From the IMG/VR virus record IMGVR_UViG_3300031774_000016, positions 1-57,102 of that record: a DNA stretch of 57,102 nucleotides. One strand, 5' to 3'. Positions within the stretch are counted from its first letter, which is position 1. Each line of letters opens with the position of its first letter. Below the pieces are notes generated by a model that was not told the DNA's origin, ran no database searches, and saw only the letters and a program-made list of their open reading frames with translations. The translations under genes and the position numbers were made by a program. The DNA comes from a virus. Taxonomy: Duplodnaviria > Caudoviricetes. This document shows positions 37,701-46,355 of the stretch, one piece after another.

Positions 37701-38746
37701 GTAAATTAGTTTATGGTAATTTAAGTCATAACAAACGAGTTGAATTAAGTGCATACGATACTGCAGCTTTAGATAGTAATAAGTTGGGAATTTATTTTTC
37801 ACCAACTGATGTAATTAATGAAGATATTATTCGTTCTATAGCAGACTTAGATTTTGACCAATACATAGGTGATCCTCGTGACCAATATAAATTAAGATAT
37901 AGACAACTCGAAGATATAGGATTACAATATTGGCAAAAGTACTTATCACCAAATAATTTTTGGGATTATATAAGATTAATAAAATATTATGATACTTCTT
38001 TATTTGAACAACTAAGGTCATTTGTACCTGCAAGGGCCAGAGCAAATGTTGGTTTATTAATTGAACCAAATATACTTGAGAGAAAGAAAGAAGTTGTAGG
38101 TGAACCACCTAATTTTGATGATTTGTATATTGAAGGAGATGCAAACGCATTAACATATTCTTCATCAGCCGTTCCTGAAGCATATGCAGTTTCAATGTCA
38201 GGATATGCAGTTACCATAAGTGGTTCATATCCAGTTTATCGAAGTGCGATAAGTATGTCGAGTTACATCAACCCAAGTGGTTCGTTTGATTCATACGAAG
38301 GTACAATTACAAGTTCATTTCACGAACCATCTAAATATATCTTAACTCAGTCAATCAACTCGGATTATGGATATAAAATATATGATATCACAGTAGGTGG
38401 TCCTGCTCATGTATTTGAGGAAGCATTACAACCTACAATAACAGGTTCAAGAATATCTGAACATAATTATGAGTATAGGTTCTTCTATACATCTTCAAGA
38501 GATGCCTTAAAGGATCACGGATATACTTTTGATTCACAGAAAAATAATTTTCATTCTTCTTCTTTTCATAGAAGTGAAATACAAAGTGTGGGATATGATA
38601 ATTCATACTTTAGATTGGCATACTTAGGATGTCAGCAAACAAAATATACTACTACGGACAAAGAACCTCCAGTTTCTATAACTGTAACTTCACCAACAAC
38701 ATTGGTAACACAGGAACCTGGAGAATCTAAGTTAAAAGTAAAGTAA
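34784..38746 (+). CDS. Large baseplate/virion protein with LamG-like domain
   Basis: KTRGT.RS...ISCYGIP..ILRVKEYGG; TIEFRF...MTGSMMEFRYWNTAL (LamG/ConA-like). Confidence 0.7.
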   Translation: MKNKRIIYWGGTHQTTIPRMGACGDGVEVNPAEGAGGGPGKPAASASAPDGPGLFDKLKGLLPALALGALAIAAIAGVAFMLKKNREPDGGLDLDFDASLSDEENFANLGLDIQGATSVARAGNDGKPGFDSNGLSIPPAFVGQQVIDEDGNLWVYKDPPGMWIMFDDAEPRYISDGDENLPIYAPYVANITDVLNPVTITVDKTWAEASSEIDNQKNFHPTHPSWKVLFPKDKDLYTYLQFDGDKQSLTINFSKDTENYKEYPNSLVYKLYEPLPDGIEKGDLTYVVKEMASPYTETVELVDFVEEDIDAVLLRNPKWDNETHQSSYFSPRDTKFKNYDELVTSDSNIKEQIENEIISGSFMDSIELSGIDYRRWDNFVHFSSIEDRLVNFKTKLQKIELFESQSKSLFGISGSLTYTQTSSLSTKVKKIKNEFTPFENYMYFQSSSYISSSLGEFFDNTWPKNGGSGTKLNAYSLYPVTSSKATSWYNEQITSASLFDRNNRNRLLTNIPDHITNDNRNVAFHTFINMAGEHFDGIWSYIEQIPQIYDRRQPLNEGLSKDLIYAVGRSLGFYLNDGQDLIELPKLYLGQEATGSDASVFSQHSSVAQKDISREIWKRMINNMPFFLKTRGTLRSFKGLISCYGIPSTILRVKEYGGPDPAPDAQPSYFIDKNFTKALDFKGEQYVLTTWANDTNSGRKPDTIEFRFRSQAASGSFQTLLQAGANPGGFAIGIKEDTNSSSDNYGHVAFRLAHGSDSSKGYAELSSSSLPVHDGEFYSVALTRVSSSGAQLSVDTTSQRIQYRLMVKKYDEGRSKIYLDSDETMIVNGAVSSSWNGSFTGNETAYIGGAPDNSFGNQMTGSMMEFRYWNTALSESNFDNHVRSPKSFNGNHPSASWTDLVLRYSFDDNKALNSDGDIRDTSADQSYIQSGSAQGYTSGTLPHFRSVVDEEQMRIPNLGPNRRVSNKIRLENSKLVYGNLSHNKRVELSAYDTAALDSNKLGIYFSPTDVINEDIIRSIADLDFDQYIGDPRDQYKLRYRQLEDIGLQYWQKYLSPNNFWDYIRLIKYYDTSLFEQLRSFVPARARANVGLLIEPNILERKKEVVGEPPNFDDLYIEGDANALTYSSSAVPEAYAVSMSGYAVTISGSYPVYRSAISMSSYINPSGSFDSYEGTITSSFHEPSKYILTQSINSDYGYKIYDITVGGPAHVFEEALQPTITGSRISEHNYEYRFFYTSSRDALKDHGYTFDSQKNNFHSSSFHRSEIQSVGYDNSYFRLAYLGCQQTKYTTTDKEPPVSITVTSPTTLVTQEPGESKLKVK

Positions 38747-38864
38747 AAATACGAAAAATTAGAGTTTGATATATTTATAGTTGAGAAAGTTTTATTCACG
38801 ATTATATTTAAACTCCAGTTTAAAAGAACAAAAACAATAAATTATCTTTATTTAGGAGACAAAA

Positions 38865-39536
38865 ATGGGATTTCTAAACAACACAACGATTACAATCGAT
38901 GCTATTCTAACCAAAAGAGGTAGAGAATTATTAGCTAGAGGTAGAAACGAATTTAAAGTAACAAAATTCGCATTAGCAGATGATGAGGTTGATTATCGTC
39001 TATGGGATACATCGCATCCAAACGGAACTAATTTTTATGGAGCTGTTATTGAAAACATGCCAATATTAGAACCTGTACCAGATGAAACACAAGTATTAAA
39101 ATATAAACTTGTTACCTTACCAAAGGAAACTTCAAGATTACCAATACTTGATGTTTCTATTAGTTCACTAAACTTTACTTCGGGACTAGCAAGTGCAGAA
39201 ATTGTTGCACCAGGAACATTAAACTCAACAGATGCAGAACAAGGGTATACATTTATCATACACGATACATCGGTAGCTAAACTTGAAGTAAATCAAGCAG
39301 CACCAAGTCCTTCTGCACCATTAATTCCAGTCGCTTTAAGTGGTGATGAATTAACACAGAGTCAGAATACAACTGGTTTATCAGCAAAAATATTACCACA
39401 AACATTTACTACACCTACGAAGAAATCAACACAATTGACTATCGTGGGTAATCAGACAGGAGCAACAACTACGGTAACTGTTTCGGTCAACAAAACACAA
39501 TTAGGAAGTCCGGCATCAGCAGCGGGTTCAATCTAA
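38865..39536 (+). CDS. Baseplate/tail structural protein
   Basis: DAILTKRGRELLA...TKFALADDEVDY.LW pattern of tail-fibre-attachment-type N-termini. Confidence 0.65.
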   Translation: MGFLNNTTITIDAILTKRGRELLARGRNEFKVTKFALADDEVDYRLWDTSHPNGTNFYGAVIENMPILEPVPDETQVLKYKLVTLPKETSRLPILDVSISSLNFTSGLASAEIVAPGTLNSTDAEQGYTFIIHDTSVAKLEVNQAAPSPSAPLIPVALSGDELTQSQNTTGLSAKILPQTFTTPTKKSTQLTIVGNQTGATTTVTVSVNKTQLGSPASAAGSI

Positions 39537-39558
39537 AGAATTATACAAGGAGTTAGAA

Positions 39559-40605
39559 ATGGCATTATCAGGCGCATATAAAGCATTTAATGATGATAAC
39601 GATATAGTAAAAAACATTAAAAGCGTAATCTCATCAGGAATATGGAGTACAGGAGCGAATACTTTAACGGCCTTCTATACTCAATCCGCACAAAGTTCAA
39701 GTACTGGAAAGTATTTTTACGATGTATATAAAACAGACCATACCGATACTGAAAGAGAAGTTCAGTTTTCGATAACTTATGGTCATATACACGGAAGTGG
39801 TTCTTTAGGAACTGCGGGAGCCGCGACTGGTAATAGAGCATCAGCTGCGATACACGCACAATTTGTTAATTTACTATTAGGACCTAATGTAGAAAAATTT
39901 ACATATGGTGGTGATGTAACTTCAAAACATTTTTACGCATTATCTTTACGAAGAGCTCGTATGAGAGAAAAAGTAGATCCAGGAAATTGGGAACTACATT
40001 TAAGTGGTAGTGATGTAGCACTGCTACCAGGTACCGATTCACTTATTAAGTTAATTGACGATAGTGGAGCAACAACCAATCCAACCACAGGAGTTGGTGG
40101 TCGAGTATTTAATGTTGTTAGTGGTTCAATATCCACTGGAACAGCAGCTACCAATTTAGCAGCAGCATCTCAACCGGGTGGTGGATACGGATTATTCTAT
40201 CCTGATTTAGGACTCATCGTACTGAACGCTGACATACTACATGCGTCAGGTGGTATAGCAACAGTTACAGGTTCAAATACCGAAGGTGGTAATGTTAGTA
40301 AATTTTTCTCTATGATAGAAGGTGGTGGTAAATTCCAAGCCCGTAGAGAAGAAAGAATATCATCGACACATTATTTCTGTCGAGCAGGAAACAAAGAATT
40401 TAACTTTTCTAACAATCCAACATTCTTCACAGGTTCAACTGGTGAATTTACTCAACCTACATACTTTAAAGATCCAAAGTCGTACATTACAACCGTAGGT
40501 CTTTATAATGATTCTAACGAACTTTTAGCAGTAGCCAAGTTGAGTAAACCCGTTCTTAAATCTTTTTCAAGGGAAGCTCTTATCAAAGTAAAGTTAGATT
40601 TCTAA
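39559..40605 (+). CDS. Virion structural protein
   Basis: C-terminal YITTVGLYNDSNELLAVAKLSKP...VKLDF. Confidence 0.65.
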   Translation: MALSGAYKAFNDDNDIVKNIKSVISSGIWSTGANTLTAFYTQSAQSSSTGKYFYDVYKTDHTDTEREVQFSITYGHIHGSGSLGTAGAATGNRASAAIHAQFVNLLLGPNVEKFTYGGDVTSKHFYALSLRRARMREKVDPGNWELHLSGSDVALLPGTDSLIKLIDDSGATTNPTTGVGGRVFNVVSGSISTGTAATNLAAASQPGGGYGLFYPDLGLIVLNADILHASGGIATVTGSNTEGGNVSKFFSMIEGGGKFQARREERISSTHYFCRAGNKEFNFSNNPTFFTGSTGEFTQPTYFKDPKSYITTVGLYNDSNELLAVAKLSKPVLKSFSREALIKVKLDF

Positions 40606-40624
40606 TAGATAAGGAGCAAAACAT

Positions 40625-41710
40625 ATGTTAGGAAATGTCCATCCGCAAGACGTTTCAGTAGAACCATTCAAAGTCCATAAACGATTTCAATTTAGGACTG
40701 CCGATACAGGTAGTGGAGTTTATGCTTTAAAAGGAGTTAGTGGAAGTTTTCATAATTTCATGACAGGTTCTGCAAATTCTCAGAGCTTTGGTGTTTATAA
40801 TTCCATATCTGAAAGTATGGACAAACCAAAATCTACTTGGTATAGCCTTGGAACATATTACGAACTACCATTATATTATAGCATTAATCATTTGTATTAT
40901 GAAAAATTTAGTGGTAATCCAAAATTACCACACATGAATGAACAACCACAACCATATCTGAGTTGGGGTCCCTCTAATAGAAACAAAATGAATAGAGAAT
41001 TACACGACAGATGTTCAGTAATTTCGTTACCACAATCTTTAATCGGTGAAAGAATAAAACCTGGTTCTGTAAAAATACTTGATGATTCTAAAGATATAAC
41101 TTTAGATATAAGAGATGACGGAGATGGTAATTTATATGATTTTGCATTTAGTTCATCATATGCATCACATAGGTCAGCAAGTTTCGATACGGGTGTTGGT
41201 ATAACAGCACAAGGTAGTGGTAGTGTTGTCGGTAATGTATTTTATGATACTGGAATGGTAGTAATGACAAATACAGGTTCAAGTTATGTAAATGCATTTT
41301 TAGGATCAGGTACAGACGGATTTGAAATAGATTATAGAGCAACTCATACAATTTATCAACACGAATATACTGTAATTGCACCAGCAGGTAGATTCAGTAA
41401 TTCAAAAAATATAAGTGTTACACACCAAAGGAGTGGTAGTATAACCGTAAAAGAAGGGGCAAGTCCTCACTCTCTTTTTCCACCAGGAGATAATCCATCT
41501 GCAGCCGCAGGAAGCGGTTCGTTTAATAGTTCTTATGAGGCAACTGAATTTGTAAATTCTTTTGTAACTCATTCTCAGTTTGCACCCTATGTAACAACAA
41601 TAGGTCTCTACAACGAAAATAATGAACTATTGGTGATTGGAAAAACATCAAGACCTATAAGAAATGAACCAGATTTAGATATGTCATTTGTTTTACGATT
41701 TGATGTCTAA
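40625..41710 (+). CDS. Virion structural protein, paralogue of 39559..40605
   Basis: C-terminal YVTTIGLYNENNELLVIGKTSRP...LRFDV. Confidence 0.65.
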   Translation: MLGNVHPQDVSVEPFKVHKRFQFRTADTGSGVYALKGVSGSFHNFMTGSANSQSFGVYNSISESMDKPKSTWYSLGTYYELPLYYSINHLYYEKFSGNPKLPHMNEQPQPYLSWGPSNRNKMNRELHDRCSVISLPQSLIGERIKPGSVKILDDSKDITLDIRDDGDGNLYDFAFSSSYASHRSASFDTGVGITAQGSGSVVGNVFYDTGMVVMTNTGSSYVNAFLGSGTDGFEIDYRATHTIYQHEYTVIAPAGRFSNSKNISVTHQRSGSITVKEGASPHSLFPPGDNPSAAAGSGSFNSSYEATEFVNSFVTHSQFAPYVTTIGLYNENNELLVIGKTSRPIRNEPDLDMSFVLRFDV

Positions 41711-41773
41711 TTCGCCATATATATAATATTTATTATAGAATAAAAGAGACTGAAAGTCTCAGAAAGGAGTAAT

Positions 41774-42154
41774 ATGATAGGATTACTCGAATTATTAGTA
41801 GGTATTGTATTGGGTATTGGTATTTCAGATGCATTAGATAGTGCTAAACCAATCTACCCAAATGATTCCACTAAAGTTAGTACAGAATATTATATAATTT
41901 ATCAAGATAGATATTTTGGTAGAAGATATGGATATTCTTTGTTTAATGACTATTGGTGGCACACACCAAATAATTATCATTATGGATACCGCACTCAAAG
42001 AGGAACTGATGTTCCATTAAGAACTTGGGGTGGTACAAGTAAAGGTAGAAAAAGTGGTGAATATACCAAACCTAAAACTCGTAGAGACGGAGAGGGGGGT
42101 GGTAAAGGTCGACATCACGGAGGTAAAGGAAATAAAGGAAGAAAGAAAAACTAA
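41774..42154 (+). CDS. Membrane-anchored/exported protein with Tyr-rich middle and Gly/Lys/Arg tail
   Basis: AAGGAG SD; N-terminal hydrophobic helix. Confidence 0.6.
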   Translation: MIGLLELLVGIVLGIGISDALDSAKPIYPNDSTKVSTEYYIIYQDRYFGRRYGYSLFNDYWWHTPNNYHYGYRTQRGTDVPLRTWGGTSKGRKSGEYTKPKTRRDGEGGGKGRHHGGKGNKGRKKN

Positions 42155-42169
42155 AATAGGAGAATAATC

Positions 42170-42520
42170 GTGGACAACCAAACACAAGGTCTTGTCGAAG
42201 GGTTGATAGGACAATATGGTTGGTTATTTATTGTGGGTGTAATAACACTCATCTTTCAAAATACCATAAGAGAGGCAGTAGATGGTTTCATGGTCTTTTT
42301 GGGTAATGATTACAACGAAGATGATGTCGTAGAAGTTGATGGAGAACCAGGAAGAATAGTAAGAGTGAGTATGTGGAAAACCGTATTCTTTATCTATCAT
42401 ATAGTTGAGGGTAAAGTTGTCGGTGGTTCAAAGTTGGTAGTGGCAAATTCAAAGTTGAAAGATTTGAAAATAGAAAAACCATTAGCTAATCTTGATTTAT
42501 CTAAATATTCAAAAAAATAG
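42170..42520 (+). CDS. Minimal MscS-like protein (one TM plus beta domain)
   Basis: FQNTIRE.VDG...DYNEDDVVEVDGEPGRIVRVSMWKTVF...LVVANSKL resembles MscS TM3 and the middle beta domain. Confidence 0.65.
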   Translation: MDNQTQGLVEGLIGQYGWLFIVGVITLIFQNTIREAVDGFMVFLGNDYNEDDVVEVDGEPGRIVRVSMWKTVFFIYHIVEGKVVGGSKLVVANSKLKDLKIEKPLANLDLSKYSKK

Positions 42521-42570
42521 TATTGTGATATTTATAATTGTTAAGTAACGCTAGCAATATGGAGATATAA

Positions 42571-43857
42571 ATGAAAAAAATATTGATTGGTCTGTTAATT
42601 AGTGTAAATTTATTATCAGCCGAAAATGAACTTTGGAAATTTTTTAAGTATTCGACTGCATACGCAAGTTTCAGTTTGAATGCACCAAGACACCAAGATG
42701 ATAGGTTTGCTATTATAGGTGGGTTGAGTACAGGACAATTACAAGTCGGTAGAACCGAAAGAGAATTAAAACCTGATTTTCAAACATCATTTGGATTAAG
42801 AAAAATTGGTAGATTTAATTATGAACCAAAACGAGGTGTTAAGAATGCTGGAGTTGGTGGAACTTGGTATGATGGTTCAGAATCTAATGCTAATGAAAGT
42901 GCTACATTTGGTCCTGTTCAAGGATGGGAATATCTAATTAAATGGTCAGAAGGTAGACAATGGGGTAACGAATATTTAAATCAAGAGTATTGGGTAAGAT
43001 ACACAAGTGATTGGTGGATGGCTAAAATAGGTTGGACGGAGTTAGGATTAGAAGAACTTGAATATGGTCAAGGTGAATTAAGATTTAAATGGACACCACC
43101 TGTTTTAGATGACAAAATAAATTTAAGTATTGGTGTAAAACATAGACAACATCCTGTTTATGGATTTGATGCTATGGTATTGGATACGACTTGGTACAAA
43201 GGACAATGGTGGAATTTCGCAGAAGATGCCTTTGGTATTGATGATAATGCTTGGTTTACAGAAGATTATCATTTAAATGGTGACCGAGATATTCAACTAT
43301 ATGAAATAGATCCTGAAACTGGTGAGTTAAGACCGATTGAAGGTGGTGGTCCTTTTTGGAATGATGATGGTAGATTTGTCGGTGTTGATTGGCTGTGGAG
43401 AGATGAGAATGGTAAAATATTTGCATATACAGATAGAGAATATTTCTTATATCACTTTCCAAGAATGTTAGAAAAGTATATTGGTGGTGTCAAACAAGAA
43501 ATAGGATATCAAAGAGAAACTTCAATAGTATTGGGAGCTGATTTTTATCATTATGATGATTATTGGTGGTTACATGCTTGGGGTAATTGGTTACCTTACC
43601 ACTTTGGACACGATAAATATTCATATCATAACGGAGCACATTACCAAACTCATTTAGAAGAAGGTGGTGAACCAAATGAATTTAAATTTAAAGACGCGAT
43701 GTGGCATAATTGGCACGATTATGATTTTGGAGCAATTTTTGGTGTAAAAATTAAAGATAACTTAGGTGTGTTCGCAGAAGGTCGTTATTTAAATTATTGG
43801 GAAAGACCAGCATACGATATTAAGTTCGGTATAAATTATCAATTTATGGGATTTTAG
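42571..43857 (+). CDS. Putative outer-membrane beta-barrel protein
   Basis: Signal peptide (..LLSA|E), Trp/Tyr-rich amphipathic strands, C-terminal IKFGINYQFMGF. Confidence 0.65.
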   Translation: MKKILIGLLISVNLLSAENELWKFFKYSTAYASFSLNAPRHQDDRFAIIGGLSTGQLQVGRTERELKPDFQTSFGLRKIGRFNYEPKRGVKNAGVGGTWYDGSESNANESATFGPVQGWEYLIKWSEGRQWGNEYLNQEYWVRYTSDWWMAKIGWTELGLEELEYGQGELRFKWTPPVLDDKINLSIGVKHRQHPVYGFDAMVLDTTWYKGQWWNFAEDAFGIDDNAWFTEDYHLNGDRDIQLYEIDPETGELRPIEGGGPFWNDDGRFVGVDWLWRDENGKIFAYTDREYFLYHFPRMLEKYIGGVKQEIGYQRETSIVLGADFYHYDDYWWLHAWGNWLPYHFGHDKYSYHNGAHYQTHLEEGGEPNEFKFKDAMWHNWHDYDFGAIFGVKIKDNLGVFAEGRYLNYWERPAYDIKFGINYQFMGF

Positions 43858-43867
43858 GAGAAAACTT

Positions 43868-43999
43868 ATGAGAGATTGTGAATGTAATGGTTGTCAATGT
43901 GAGTATGCATGTGAATGTGGATGTTGTTGTGAATGTGAATGTGAAGCATGTGCATGTGTAGTGATATGTGAATGTGAGTGTTGTAAAGACACCGAGTAG
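43868..43999 (+). CDS. Metallothionein-like Cys-rich peptide (43 aa, 17 Cys; not in ORF track)
   Basis: AGGAG SD at 43856-60; MRDCECNGCQCEYACECGCCCECECEACACVVICECECCKDTE; exactly fills the gap between two genes. Confidence 0.8.
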   Translation: MRDCECNGCQCEYACECGCCCECECEACACVVICECECCKDTE

Positions 44000-44011
44000 A
44001 AAGGGAAAAAA

Positions 44012-44614
44012 ATGTTAAAAAAAGTATTGACTTTACTGAGTATTATATTTATATTCAGTTGTGATGATAGAATAGAAGAAATAGGACCTCAAATAATCAA
44101 TATGTGGATTGATGGTGAAGTTGTGAATGTGGAAGAAAGATACAAACAAATAACCACTTATGGTTCAAGAGATACTTATATAGATTCAATTGGTTCAGAC
44201 GGAACTTGGATTGTAGAACAAAAAACGAAAAAGATTTTCGTAATACATTTTCAAGTAGAAGATGGTAGAGTTCTTGCATTAAATGAACATTATGCACTTA
44301 TTTTTGTTGATTGGGATGCAGCAAACTACACCACAAGTTTAATTAACGAAGGATTTTATAGTAACCCACATACAGATGATAAAGAAGTATTGTTACAAAT
44401 TGTAGGACCTTATGATTACACAATAGGTGCACAAGCATCTATTACTGAGTTGAAAATGATTTCATCAGGACAATATGCAACTGGTAGATGTGAAGGAAGT
44501 TTTTATAATCCATTTACTGATTCTGTAATGGAAGGTGTATTGGAATTTGAAAATGTAAGAATAAGTACAGATGAAGCTAATACTACTTATTTTGATATCA
44601 CTCGTGATAATTAA
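44012..44614 (+). CDS. Putative lipoprotein
   Basis: MLKKVLTLLSIIFIFS|C lipobox. Confidence 0.7.
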   Translation: MLKKVLTLLSIIFIFSCDDRIEEIGPQIINMWIDGEVVNVEERYKQITTYGSRDTYIDSIGSDGTWIVEQKTKKIFVIHFQVEDGRVLALNEHYALIFVDWDAANYTTSLINEGFYSNPHTDDKEVLLQIVGPYDYTIGAQASITELKMISSGQYATGRCEGSFYNPFTDSVMEGVLEFENVRISTDEANTTYFDITRDN

Positions 44615-44643
44615 GAAAGTAGTATAAAACACGGAGAAAAGTA

Positions 44644-45237
44644 ATGGCAGATCAAGCCAGAACAAAACAAGGACAGAGATTGGGAGAATTGTTATTGGAT
44701 GCGGATATCGTAACCAAACGACAACTTGCCAAAGCTGCTCAAGCACAAGTAAAGGGTGATAAAAGAAAAATAGGTGAAATACTTGTAGAATTAGGATTTT
44801 GTACAATAGAAGATTTAACAGACGCGATGTTAGATACACATCACGAAGAAGTAAAGGAAGAAGTAGTGAATAAACCAACAGAAATTAGTGAAGAAAAAGT
44901 ATTAGGTACTAAATTCACTTTATCAGTTCAAACAATGGTAGCTGCAGGAACAGGATTAGCCTCATTGATTGGTATGTGGTATGCCTTGCAAGCTGAAATA
45001 CAAGAAGCTAAAGAATTACCGAGTTTAGAAAGTTTATATTCTGCGGAATACCCATCAAGACCAGAGGGATATAATTGGCCAAGATCTTACGAACAATATA
45101 AAGACCAAGTAGGTTCACTTCAAGAAGATATGGATGATGTGTATGATAAATTGGATGAATATGAAGAAACGATTGAAGAACTTGAGAAACTCGTAGCAGA
45201 TTTACGAGTCGAAGTTGCAAAGAAAAGGAATAAATAG
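44644..45237 (+). CDS. MshEN-domain single-pass membrane protein with C-terminal coiled coil
   Basis: Tandem RLGELLLDADIVTKRQLAKAAQAQ / KIGEILVELGFCTIEDL; TM TMVAAGTGLASLIGMWYAL; coiled-coil tail. Confidence 0.8.
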   Translation: MADQARTKQGQRLGELLLDADIVTKRQLAKAAQAQVKGDKRKIGEILVELGFCTIEDLTDAMLDTHHEEVKEEVVNKPTEISEEKVLGTKFTLSVQTMVAAGTGLASLIGMWYALQAEIQEAKELPSLESLYSAEYPSRPEGYNWPRSYEQYKDQVGSLQEDMDDVYDKLDEYEETIEELEKLVADLRVEVAKKRNK

Positions 45238-45239
45238 TT

Positions 45240-45680
45240 ATGAATAATGGAAAATTAATTAAAATTACTTTTAAAACATTATGTGTCATGGGATTAGCAT
45301 TTATACTATGTGGTAATGTTGTAAATGGTCAAGATAAAAAACCAAAGGTAGAAGTTATCAATGATGATAATTTTAAGAAATCAATATCAAAGGGATTTTT
45401 TCTTATAAAATTTACATCTGGTTATCAAATGACTACACTTGATAAGAAATTATTTGATGGAGTTAGTGGATTTGAAGGTTGTAAAATAATCGAAGTTGAT
45501 GCGGGAAATGCAAAAAAAGTAATTAAAAAACTTAGAATACGAAACTATCCATCTTTAGCATTATTTCACAACGGAAAAAAGAAAGAAGTTTGGAAGGCCG
45601 ATATGGATGGTGTTGTAGATATTAATAATAAAGATATCAAAAAGGCTATTTCAAATGCGATAGCAGGTGATGTGTTTTAA
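45240..45680 (+). CDS. Exported thioredoxin-fold protein lacking CxxC
   Basis: INDDNFKKSI..GFFLIKF...EVD...LRIRNYPSLALFHNGK; signal-like N-terminus. Confidence 0.7.
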   Translation: MNNGKLIKITFKTLCVMGLAFILCGNVVNGQDKKPKVEVINDDNFKKSISKGFFLIKFTSGYQMTTLDKKLFDGVSGFEGCKIIEVDAGNAKKVIKKLRIRNYPSLALFHNGKKKEVWKADMDGVVDINNKDIKKAISNAIAGDVF

Positions 45681-45683
45681 TGT

Positions 45684-46340
45684 ATGAACATCGCAACGAT
45701 AGCTGGACATTTAGCATTTGGGTTAATAGCATTTTCGTTTCTTGTAAAGGATATACTATATCTTAGACTACTTTCAATTTTAGCAAGTCTATTCTCAGTA
45801 TTTTATAATTTTTATATACCAGACCAACCCATGTGGTTGGCAATCAATTGGAACATTGTCTTTGTTCTTGTAAACCTTTATCACATCGCTGTTATCATAT
45901 ATGAAAAACGACCTGTCCACATGGACGATAAGAATAATGAGTTATACGAAACCCTATTTAAAGATTTAACACAAGTAGAGTATTTAAAAATTAGTAAGGC
46001 TGCTATTTGGAAAACATTTCAACCTAATGAATTTATTACAAGACAAACACATCTTGTTCCAGATTTAGTATTGATATACAATGGAACAATAGATGTATTA
46101 GTAAATGGTAAAAAGGTGGCACAATTAAAAGATGGACAATTTGTTGGTGAGATGTCATTCCTTACAGAGAAATCAGCAACTGCAACTTGTATTGTAAAAC
46201 ATCCGTGTGAATGTTTAGTTTGGAAACAAAGGGAGTTTAAAGAATTGTTAAAAAGAAACCCATCATTATATTTCACACTTCAAACTCTGTTGAGTGCACA
46301 AGTTTCAGATAATCTTGTAAGTAGTTCAAAATCTGAATAG
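45684..46340 (+). CDS. Popeye-like membrane protein with cyclic-nucleotide-binding domain
   Basis: Three TMs (DILYLRLL...WNIVFVLVNLYHI), ELY..LF, then LIYNG.IDV...LKDGQFVGEMSFL...ATAT cNMP fold. Confidence 0.85.
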   Translation: MNIATIAGHLAFGLIAFSFLVKDILYLRLLSILASLFSVFYNFYIPDQPMWLAINWNIVFVLVNLYHIAVIIYEKRPVHMDDKNNELYETLFKDLTQVEYLKISKAAIWKTFQPNEFITRQTHLVPDLVLIYNGTIDVLVNGKKVAQLKDGQFVGEMSFLTEKSATATCIVKHPCECLVWKQREFKELLKRNPSLYFTLQTLLSAQVSDNLVSSSKSE

Positions 46341-46355
46341 TCTATATTTATTAAT

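Noticed and set aside
39559-41710. Similar C-termini of adjacent structural genes as a DGR template/variable repeat pair
   Set aside because: Similarity is at the protein level and diverged at all bases, not adenine-specific; no reverse transcriptase in the window.
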